Assembly (NCBI GenBank): GCA_009918425.1
Contig: RGEC01000001.1
Location: 1 to 41,644, forward strand
DNA from: Bacteroidota bacterium
Lineage (GTDB): Bacteria > Bacteroidota > Bacteroidia > NS11-12g > UBA955
Reading direction: 5' to 3'
DNA: 41,644 nt
Position 1 is the stretch's first letter. Each line of letters starts with the position of its first letter. The translations under genes and the position numbers were made by a program. Shown in pieces: positions 8,792 to 16,080 of this stretch. The notes beneath the pieces were generated by a model that was not told the DNA's origin, did not search any database, and worked only from the letters and a program-made list of their open reading frames with translations.

Positions 8792-8797
8792 CTGAGA

Positions 8798-9847
8798 ATG
8801 AGCAGTATTGTTATTGGTAAAAGGCAGGTAGGTTCGGGGATGCCTGCATTTATAGTGGGAGAACTTAGCGGCAACCACAGGGGGGATTTTGAGATTGCCC
8901 GTAAGTCGGTATTATCTATGAAGGAATGCGGTTTGGATGCAGTAAAGATTCAAACGCTTAAGCCGGGGAATATTACTTTGGATTCAGAAAGAGAAGATTT
9001 TGTTGTGGGTGGTGGAACAATTTGGGATGGCGCCAGGTTTCATGATTTGTATAAGGAAATTTACACGCCATGGGAATGGACTGTTCCATTAATGGAACTT
9101 GCGCAAAGCCTGGATATGGAATTTTTCAGCTCCCCTTTCGGGCATGAAGAGGTTGAGTTTTTAGATCAGTGCGGTATTTCTGCATTCAAGATAGCCAGTT
9201 TTGAAATAACGGATATTCCCCTCATTGAACATGCTGCATCAAAAGGGAAACCCATAATCATAAGCACAGGAATAGCAGGTTACGACGATATAGAACTTGC
9301 TGTAAATGCATGCAGAAGAATGGGTAATGACCAGATCATTATTCTCAAATGTACCAGCAGCTACCCTACTCCGCCGGAGGAGGCCAATCTAAGCCTGATA
9401 CCGCGTATAAGAAAAGATTTCAATGTAGAAGTAGGATTGAGTGATCATACACTGGATATTTTGGCTCCCGTAGCAGCCACCATTTACGGTGCCTGTTTCA
9501 TAGAAAAACACTTCATTTTGGATAAATCCCTGGGTGGGCCTGATGCTTCATTCAGTCTGGAGCCACAGGATTGGAAAAATCTGGTTGATTCGGTAAGAAA
9601 TGCCGAGAAAATGATTGGTAGCGACGCGTATGAAATTACAGATAAGATGCGTGCCAGCAGAGATCATGCACGAAGTCTTTATATCGCCGAAGATGTAAAA
9701 CAAGGAGATGTCGTTACGGAATTAAATGTAAAAAGTGTAAGACCGGGTTTTGGGCTTCATCCCAAATACTGGGCCAAGGTGAAAGGGATGAAATTTAAAG
9801 GGGAACACCAAAAAGGCGAGCGTCTGGGATTGGAAATGTTAGAATAA
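8798..9847 (+). CDS. pseI: Pseudaminic acid synthase, PseI (NeuB family)
   Basis: The track ORF starts at TTG 8789, but ATG 8798 (MSSIVIGKR) is preferred. Motifs: FIVGELSGNH, DAVKIQT, FSSPF, FKIASFE, IISTGIA, LKCTSSYPTP, VGLSDHT, IEKHF and a C-terminal SAF domain (VKSVRPGFGLHPKY). Colinear with Campylobacter PseI/NeuB3. Confidence 0.9.
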   Translation: MSSIVIGKRQVGSGMPAFIVGELSGNHRGDFEIARKSVLSMKECGLDAVKIQTLKPGNITLDSEREDFVVGGGTIWDGARFHDLYKEIYTPWEWTVPLMELAQSLDMEFFSSPFGHEEVEFLDQCGISAFKIASFEITDIPLIEHAASKGKPIIISTGIAGYDDIELAVNACRRMGNDQIIILKCTSSYPTPPEEANLSLIPRIRKDFNVEVGLSDHTLDILAPVAATIYGACFIEKHFILDKSLGGPDASFSLEPQDWKNLVDSVRNAEKMIGSDAYEITDKMRASRDHARSLYIAEDVKQGDVVTELNVKSVRPGFGLHPKYWAKVKGMKFKGEHQKGERLGLEMLE

Positions 9848-9868
9848 TATTAATTGACAATAAGGCTT

Positions 9869-10630
9869 ATGAAAACCTTTCTAAGTACTATAGTTTCGCT
9901 GATTAAGATAGTGTTGAAGGCTAAACGCTATAAACAGCCTGAAGTGGATAATTCTGAAGATTGTTATGTACTTGGAAACGGGCCTTCACTCTCAAAATTG
10001 CTGGAGCGTACTCCGGATTTTTTTGATAAAAAGCATGTATGTGTAGTGAATGGATTTGCTGCAACCGATGTTTACCAGAAAATTCAACCCAAATCTTACT
10101 TTATAAAAGATGGATTATTCTTCTGGATAGACGAAGGAGAATTTAACGATCCTGAAAACACATGGCGTGAAAAAAAATCCAGTGGCGAAAAAAACGGGGT
10201 AATTATGGTAGCTAATACCATCAAAGCCATGAAAGAAAAAACCCGGTGGCCCATGTATCTGTATGTGCCTGTGTGGGCTAAAGATTCAATTTTAGTTAGG
10301 GAAATTTCCCAAAACATCGGCAACGCCATCCTTGGCGGTGGCGCGGATTCGCATCGGATCGGGCATCTTGAAGTCGGTGATGATAATCTTGTATATATGG
10401 TACATCATCATTTCTATGACAAGGCACATGCAAAAACAATTATTTCTGACAGGGATAAATTTGGTAATTATGTTGCCCAGCCTTTGTGGAAACAGTTTGA
10501 TAACTTAAAGAAACTATTTTATGGATTTTCTCAGGTAAAACTATATGCAGATTATAAAAATTGTAAAATAATCAACACATCAAAAGAATCTTTTATCGAT
10601 GCGTTTGAGCGAGACTATACAATTGAATAA
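9869..10630 (+). CDS. DUF115/MptE-like (Maf-type) protein, putative nonulosonic-acid (pseudaminic acid) transferase
   Basis: The track ORF starts at TTG 9854, but ATG 9869 (MKTFLSTIV) is preferred. An N-terminal hydrophobic helix is followed by CYVLGNGPSLSKLL ... VCVVNGFA ... IQPKSYFIKD. This matches the GxGPSL / N / KPdy..D pattern of DUF115 (Maf) proteins and GT42 sialyltransferases (CstII AGNGPSL). It lies 21 nt after pseI. AT-rich. Confidence 0.5.
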   Translation: MKTFLSTIVSLIKIVLKAKRYKQPEVDNSEDCYVLGNGPSLSKLLERTPDFFDKKHVCVVNGFAATDVYQKIQPKSYFIKDGLFFWIDEGEFNDPENTWREKKSSGEKNGVIMVANTIKAMKEKTRWPMYLYVPVWAKDSILVREISQNIGNAILGGGADSHRIGHLEVGDDNLVYMVHHHFYDKAHAKTIISDRDKFGNYVAQPLWKQFDNLKKLFYGFSQVKLYADYKNCKIINTSKESFIDAFERDYTIE

Positions 10631-10632
10631 AA

Positions 10633-13164
10633 TTACCTGAGAAGATAAAAAATAGTTTTATATATATGGTGATAGCCGCTGAAATCTGTTACATCTGCTA
10701 TCGCTGTGTATGCTCCTTCGGGGCAAGGTTTGCCCATGTAATTGCCGTTCCAGGGTTCCCTGATATTTCCAATGTGTAGGCATTCTCCCCACCTGCTGTA
10801 TATTGTCATTCGCGCAGTTCTGAAATGAACACCTGAAAAAATATAACGGTTATTCGCAGATGGACCTTCTTCATCCGGCGTAAAACATGTTGGTAAAAAA
10901 ATCTGCATTTTACCAATAATATGTACTAGGGATTCAGCTGTATCCGTGCAACCTTTATTGCTTGTAGCTTTAAGAATAACTTTATATTTGGCAGTATCCG
11001 GAGGCATTGTAAAAACCGGTGAAAATAAGGATGAACTGTCTGACCATTTCATTCCTGTTATTTCCCATTTCCAGTTTGTTATTTGAGAATATATTTTATC
11101 CGTTTTTACACTGCTTATATTGGTGAATGCGAAAACAGGATTATCGGTTGTTGTGTAATCATAAGGTTCCGGTTTGAATTTTGCCACTGGTGAGGGATAA
11201 ACCCGAATGGCATCCTTTAAAAATTTAGTGCTAACGCAGTTTGCAGTTGTGTCTGTTACTCTAAGTTTAATATCGCGTTTGCCTGCTGTAGCTAATGATA
11301 TTGAAAATGGATTTTTATAAATTGTTTTTCCCTCAGGTAATAAGCCCCATTCCCAAGTCAGTTTGCCGGGATTTTTGCCGCTAATTTCACGTGCTTGGAA
11401 AAGTATGTTTTCCCCTTCACAACTTTCAATAAAAGAATCCGTTAATAAAACAGGATTTGAAATTATGCGAATCAAAACGGAATCCGATACGGCAGGGCAG
11501 GGGTCGTTAGTGACAGGAATGCTTATTGCCTTGATGACAACATTTCCTTTTAACAAATCTTTTTTTCCATGATAAAAGGTGGTTGTATCGCCGATATTCC
11601 TGCTCAATTTACCATCAGACGAGCCTGGTATTTTCCAAGCTATACTGTCGGTTCTATAGGTGTTGCATTGTAATAAAATTTTGCTGTTCTCACAGGCCGT
11701 AATAAGTTTGTTTTGCGTTGTTATCTGAGGCGCATTTCGGATTAAATAATTTAACACAATGGTATCTCTGCATCCTCCTGGTGTTGTGTAAATACCGGTG
11801 GCTTGCTGGGTTTTGGAAAAAATACCGGAACCATTTAAGGATAAAATAATTTTGTTACCTGAAACCATATTTCCGTACCAGTTCCAGCTGCCATTTTTAA
11901 TTTTAACCGAATCTATGGCTTTGCTTAATTCAAATGGGGATTCGGATGAGCAAAGTATAGGTATTTTGTTTGGGTAAATAATGTTTGGGATCTCATCTTT
12001 AATAATGAAATAGGTTGTATCCTGTTTTCCGCACGGTGAAATTATTTTTAATCCCCATCTGCCCGGTGGGCGGTCAGTATTGATTAGGTTTCCCGACAAT
12101 ATGGGATATTGATTTACGTTTGGATGGTTTATGGAACCGTTGTAGGAAGTAATGCTATACGTGCAACTTTTGGGCACCTCATCATTTAGGGTGAAAAACC
12201 GCAAGGCAGTAATTACCCCTTTACGCTGGCAGAGGCTATCCGGTTTAACAATAATTTTGCATTCGGTAATACATTTTTTTCTGAGAATTCTGATGCTGTC
12301 AACCATATCATCCCCCAAAACGGATAATCTTACGGATTTCAGCCAGGGGAAATTGCTCACAGGTCCAATGTTGACAGGATTTGCCCAAACTTTTTTCCAG
12401 CCTCCACCGCTGTTTATCTCAAAGGAATTTATCCTAAATTGCCCTTTTCCGGTGTCCCAGGTTACGCGGGTTTCAAACCATTTGCCATCGCTTGCCAGGT
12501 TGTGCTGGGTTAAATCAATAATGGTTTTTTCCGGTAAAAGTTCAGACTGACTATCCCAGATGCCTGAACGGAAACTATGGCCGCCAACCCTGATGCCCTG
12601 CCTGTTGTCTGTTGGACCGGTGGAGGGGCTGCAATAATATTTATAATTAGCGGGGAGAATAGAATGCCAGTTTTCATTGTAAAGCCCATCTGCAGAACGG
12701 TTAAAGAATGTTGCACTTACAGTAATCGGGCCTTCGAGGAGGTTGAATGTGTCGCGTGTGACCATATTAATAACTCCGAAACCTTCAGTTGCAGCAGGCA
12801 AATCTCCGGCGAAAAAAATATTATGTCTTTCCGTGGCTGAGGAATAAACAGATTTAGATGAATTATAGAATTTAAAGTTGCTTGCCCTGCCTTCAATTAT
12901 CCAGGGTGTTGTGATTTTAGAAAAATCAGATCTAAGTTGATACGAAGATCCATCTGCAGGTATAATTGTGAACAGGCTTGGATTCATATCATAAATCAGA
13001 CTGTCGGTAGTTTTGCATTGTGCTGTCAATTCATAGGGAATTATCAATGAATAGATAGCTGTGATTAATGATATAATTTTTAAAAAATGCAATATACTTT
13101 TTTGAATTATGTATTGATTTTTATAAGAAACGCTTGATTGAATTTTCAAATGCGATTCATACAA
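10633..13164 (-). CDS. Secreted adhesin-like protein with T9SS type-B C-terminal sorting domain (gliding-motility-associated CTD / CHU_C)
   Basis: 843 aa, TTG start as in the track. There is no in-frame ATG before the signal peptide FLKIISLITAIYSLIIPYELTAQ. The C-terminal ~90 aa (LPTCFTPDEEGPSANNRY ... IYSRWGE ... WNGNYMGKPCPEGAYTAI ... IFYLLR) fit the type-B CTD. The middle holds Cys-containing Ig/PKD-like modules. The N-terminal ~270 aa are possibly lectin/LamG-like. Visibly AT-rich. Confidence 0.8.
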   Translation of the reverse strand: MYESHLKIQSSVSYKNQYIIQKSILHFLKIISLITAIYSLIIPYELTAQCKTTDSLIYDMNPSLFTIIPADGSSYQLRSDFSKITTPWIIEGRASNFKFYNSSKSVYSSATERHNIFFAGDLPAATEGFGVINMVTRDTFNLLEGPITVSATFFNRSADGLYNENWHSILPANYKYYCSPSTGPTDNRQGIRVGGHSFRSGIWDSQSELLPEKTIIDLTQHNLASDGKWFETRVTWDTGKGQFRINSFEINSGGGWKKVWANPVNIGPVSNFPWLKSVRLSVLGDDMVDSIRILRKKCITECKIIVKPDSLCQRKGVITALRFFTLNDEVPKSCTYSITSYNGSINHPNVNQYPILSGNLINTDRPPGRWGLKIISPCGKQDTTYFIIKDEIPNIIYPNKIPILCSSESPFELSKAIDSVKIKNGSWNWYGNMVSGNKIILSLNGSGIFSKTQQATGIYTTPGGCRDTIVLNYLIRNAPQITTQNKLITACENSKILLQCNTYRTDSIAWKIPGSSDGKLSRNIGDTTTFYHGKKDLLKGNVVIKAISIPVTNDPCPAVSDSVLIRIISNPVLLTDSFIESCEGENILFQAREISGKNPGKLTWEWGLLPEGKTIYKNPFSISLATAGKRDIKLRVTDTTANCVSTKFLKDAIRVYPSPVAKFKPEPYDYTTTDNPVFAFTNISSVKTDKIYSQITNWKWEITGMKWSDSSSLFSPVFTMPPDTAKYKVILKATSNKGCTDTAESLVHIIGKMQIFLPTCFTPDEEGPSANNRYIFSGVHFRTARMTIYSRWGECLHIGNIREPWNGNYMGKPCPEGAYTAIADVTDFSGYHHIYKTIFYLLR

Positions 13165-13291
13165 ACTTACAAATTAAAGTTGACAATTATTTTAATTAGT
13201 CTGCATTTTGAACATAAATTGACAATTTGGTTTTTTGGATTATTCTAAAAGTTGTTGTTACCGGTTTTTGGTGTTTTCTTTGCCTGTCGTT

Positions 13292-13864
13292 ATGTTAAAT
13301 CTTATCATATTTGGACCTCCCGGTGCCGGAAAAGGCACCCAAAGTGAAAAAATTATAGAACGCTATCAGTTGGCACATATTTCAACCGGCGATTTGCTAA
13401 GAGCTGAGCGCAATGCAGGCACTGAGCTTGGAAATAAGGCCAATGAATTTATTAGCAAAGGCGAGCTGGTGCCCGATGAGGTGGTAATTGGCATGGTGCG
13501 TAATTTTATGGTTTCCAAATCCGGCGTTCAGGGTTTTATTTTCGACGGTTTTCCCAGAACCATACCCCAGGCAGAAGCGCTGGACGCAATGTTGATGGAG
13601 TTTGATACGGCAATTTCAACGGTTTTAGGACTGGAGGTGGTTGAAGACGAGCTGGTGAAAAGACTCATGCTGCGTGGGCAAACATCAGGCAGGGTTGATG
13701 ATCAGGATGAGGATACCATTCGCAACCGTTTTAGGGAATACCAAAATAAAACACTGCCTCTCAAGGATTATTATGCGAATCAGAAAAAATACCAAAGTGT
13801 GCAAGGGATAGGTGAAATTGATGAAATTTTCACTAACTTGTGTGCTTGTATTGATGCAGTATAA
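13292..13864 (+). CDS. adk: Adenylate kinase
   Basis: Track ORF 13235 trimmed to ATG 13292 (MLNLIIFGPPGAGKGTQ). P-loop GPPGAGKGT, ISTGDLLR, FDGFPRT. Short LID (no zinc ribbon). Confidence 0.92.
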   Translation: MLNLIIFGPPGAGKGTQSEKIIERYQLAHISTGDLLRAERNAGTELGNKANEFISKGELVPDEVVIGMVRNFMVSKSGVQGFIFDGFPRTIPQAEALDAMLMEFDTAISTVLGLEVVEDELVKRLMLRGQTSGRVDDQDEDTIRNRFREYQNKTLPLKDYYANQKKYQSVQGIGEIDEIFTNLCACIDAV

Positions 13865-13866
13865 TT

Positions 13867-14592
13867 ATGGTGAAAAATAACATACATTATTTGATTCTGG
13901 CTGTAGCGGGTATTGTTGCTGCCTGGCTGATTGGTAACGGTTTTAAGCGCAAACCTCAGGGAGAATATATTTCAGTAACCGGTATGGCGGAGGTGAATTT
14001 TACCAGCGATGATATTCATTGGTCAGGCGATTTTTCGCGCACAACCACAGAGATGAAGGAAGCCTATCAATCGCTGAAGGCAGATAAAGACAAGGTTTTT
14101 CAGTATTTTAAATCCAAGGGCGTCCACGATTCGGAAATGGTTTTTGGAACCGTAAATATGGATAAACAATACGATGATATCCGCGAAGACGGCATATCAA
14201 GAACTGTTTTTAAAGGTTACAAAGCCTCCCAGTCTGTAAAAATCCGCTCTCGACGTGTGGATATAATCGAATCCATTGTGAAAGAGAGTATGGAACTTGT
14301 TGAGAATGGAATTGAATTTAATGCAGGGACTCCTGAATTTTATTATACCCGCCTGTCCGATTTGAAGCTTGAACTCATTCGCAAGGCAGCAGCAGACGCC
14401 AGTGCACGTGCCAACAAAATTGCCGAAGCCAGCGATTGCAGTCTGGGATCACTTAAATCTTCTGATTTGGGCGTTTTTCAGATTACCGGTGAAAGCGACA
14501 ACGAAGAATACAGCTGGGGTGGTGTTTTCAATACCTCCAGCAAGCGTAAAACCGCACGGGTGACCGTATCCTCAAACTTTGCCACGCACTGA
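13867..14592 (+). CDS. SIMPL-domain (DUF541) periplasmic protein
   Basis: 241 aa. An N-terminal TM/signal anchor is followed by ISVTGMAEV ... KGYKASQSVKIR. The pattern and size are typical of SIMPL/26-kDa periplasmic immunogenic protein family members (recognised from memory). Confidence 0.6.
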   Translation: MVKNNIHYLILAVAGIVAAWLIGNGFKRKPQGEYISVTGMAEVNFTSDDIHWSGDFSRTTTEMKEAYQSLKADKDKVFQYFKSKGVHDSEMVFGTVNMDKQYDDIREDGISRTVFKGYKASQSVKIRSRRVDIIESIVKESMELVENGIEFNAGTPEFYYTRLSDLKLELIRKAAADASARANKIAEASDCSLGSLKSSDLGVFQITGESDNEEYSWGGVFNTSSKRKTARVTVSSNFATH

Positions 14593-15329
14593 TGCATTCG
14601 TGCAATCTGTTGATGCTGGATCTGGACAATACCCTTTGGGATTTTGATGGAAATGCCGAAGAGGCGCTTGTAGAATTGTTTCACCGACACCAATTGCATG
14701 TGCGCACTGCCCATTCTGTTCATCATTTCATAGAAACATATAAAGCCATCAATAAAGCTTACTGGAAACGCTACGAAGCAGGCGAAATAGAAAAAGATGT
14801 ATTGAGAACAGGCCGCTTTATCGATACATTCAGGGCGCTGGGTATACCCGATGACGAACATCCCGAAAACGTGTGGGATGAATATCTTGAAATTTGTCCT
14901 GTAATGACGCGCATGATGCCCGGTGCAATGGCCTTTGTGAAGGAGATGATGTCTCATTTTCAATTGGTACTGGTAACCAACGGTTTTGAAAAAACGCAGC
15001 GCATTAAAATAAAAGCCTGCGGACTGGCAGATTATATAGATTTGATGGTAAGCAGTGAGGCAACCGGTATTGCCAAGCCAGATAAAGGCATTTTCGATAT
15101 TGCCATGCAAAGCGCAACAGAAAAATGGGGCCATTTCAACAGGGTTTTTTATGCCGGCGATACCTGGGATACCGATGTGGCTGGCGGTGTAAATGCGGGT
15201 ATCCCTACCTGCTGGTACAATCATGCAGCAATTGAAGTGCCGGAGGATACTATATCCCGTCATCCCTTGTTTTTGGGCGCTTTTGATTCACTTTCAACCT
15301 TGGGGACTGCGCTTCTTGAGCGGCTTTGA
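14592..15329 (+). CDS. HAD-superfamily hydrolase (YjjG-like nucleotidase subfamily)
   Basis: 245 aa. HAD motif I LDLDNTLWDF, motif II LVTNG, motifs III/IV AKPDKGIF ... YAGDTWDTDVAGG. ATG overlaps the upstream stop (TGATG). Confidence 0.8.
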   Translation: MHSCNLLMLDLDNTLWDFDGNAEEALVELFHRHQLHVRTAHSVHHFIETYKAINKAYWKRYEAGEIEKDVLRTGRFIDTFRALGIPDDEHPENVWDEYLEICPVMTRMMPGAMAFVKEMMSHFQLVLVTNGFEKTQRIKIKACGLADYIDLMVSSEATGIAKPDKGIFDIAMQSATEKWGHFNRVFYAGDTWDTDVAGGVNAGIPTCWYNHAAIEVPEDTISRHPLFLGAFDSLSTLGTALLERL

Positions 15330-15362
15330 CAATTTACTTACATAATTTCCAACCGGCTTTGT

Positions 15363-15370
15363 TATCTTTG
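15363..15370 (+). promoter_or_regulatory. -7 promoter box TATCTTTG
   Basis: Perfect TAnnTTTG, ending 7 nt before the ATG at 15378. Confidence 0.5.
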
Positions 15371-15377
15371 TGGAAGC

Positions 15378-16058
15378 ATGAAAACCCATTTTAAAAATTT
15401 CATTTTCTTTGTCGCTTTTGCTATTTCTTCCTTGGTAGGCAATGCCCAGACCATCGAAGTGCAAGGCAGTAAAACCCATGATTTTTATCCCGAATCCAGC
15501 GGTTTTACAGACTGCTATATGTATTTGAAAAATGTAGGTACAGGATCGCTGCGTATTGCATATGAAAAGGTTTCGGTAGATTATCCGGCAGGCTGGGATG
15601 TTTCATTTTGCGATAATCGCAATTGTTTCTTTACATTCCGCGACAAAGATACTTTTACAGCCTTGGCTCCGGGGGAGAAGGCCAGTATTAAAATTACTGT
15701 TTTCCCAAAAGGTGCAGCAGATACCGCCGTGGTAAAATATGCTGTTTGGGATGTGAACAACCCTTCTGTTAAAGATACACTCACATTTAATATCATGGTG
15801 CGCTGGTCTGCCGGAGCACATTTTACTTGCATGCCTCAACAGGCCATTTATCCGGTTCCTGCAAATCGCCATCTTCAGGTAAATACATTGGGGGTTAATT
15901 ATATTGAAATTCGCAGTACTTCAGGGCAAAAAATCACGCAGTATTTCCCAGATGCTGAATGGACCCGCTTAGATATTTCTGAACTCCTTGCCGGTAGTTA
16001 TGTTGTTTTGCTGAAAGGACAAAACGGCATTCGCAGCTATAATTTTCTTAAAAATTAA
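15378..16058 (+). CDS. Small secreted protein with T9SS type-A C-terminal sorting domain
   Basis: 226 aa. Signal peptide MKTHFKNFIFFVAFAISSLVGNAQ. The C-terminal ~70 aa (IYPVPANRHLQVN ... IEIRSTSGQKI ... LLAGSYVVLLKGQNGIRSYNFLKN) match the Por_Secre_tail pattern. Confidence 0.7.
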   Translation: MKTHFKNFIFFVAFAISSLVGNAQTIEVQGSKTHDFYPESSGFTDCYMYLKNVGTGSLRIAYEKVSVDYPAGWDVSFCDNRNCFFTFRDKDTFTALAPGEKASIKITVFPKGAADTAVVKYAVWDVNNPSVKDTLTFNIMVRWSAGAHFTCMPQQAIYPVPANRHLQVNTLGVNYIEIRSTSGQKITQYFPDAEWTRLDISELLAGSYVVLLKGQNGIRSYNFLKN

Positions 16059-16080
16059 CGGCTAAGAAACCCTGCAACAT

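Noticed and set aside
10316-10385. A GC-rich ~70-nt patch inside the otherwise AT-rich DUF115-like gene. Its reverse strand shows GC3-rich codon periodicity (IITDFKMPDPMRIRATAKDGVAD), which suggested an inserted foreign fragment or chimeric assembly.
   Set aside because: The forward frame stays open. The encoded AILGGG...IGHLEVGDD aligns plausibly with the conserved AI..G....I.L.G.D core of GT42/DUF115 enzymes, and Gly/Ala/Arg codons explain the GC. It cannot be distinguished from normal coding sequence without a search.
14478-15263. A very long (261 aa) antisense ORF covering the whole HAD hydrolase gene. Similar long antisense ORFs occur at 2287..2859, 32927..33583, 35944..36525, 6154..6612, 6975..7424, 34873..35355 and 25749..26636.
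   Set aside because: For those I checked (14478..15263, 2287..2859, 32927..33583, 35944..36525), the ORFs lie in the codon-aligned antisense frame of well-supported genes. In that frame stops arise only from sense TTA/CTA/TCA codons, which these genes avoid. The translations are low-complexity (Cys/His/Phe-rich) with no recognisable motifs, signal peptides or promoter boxes.
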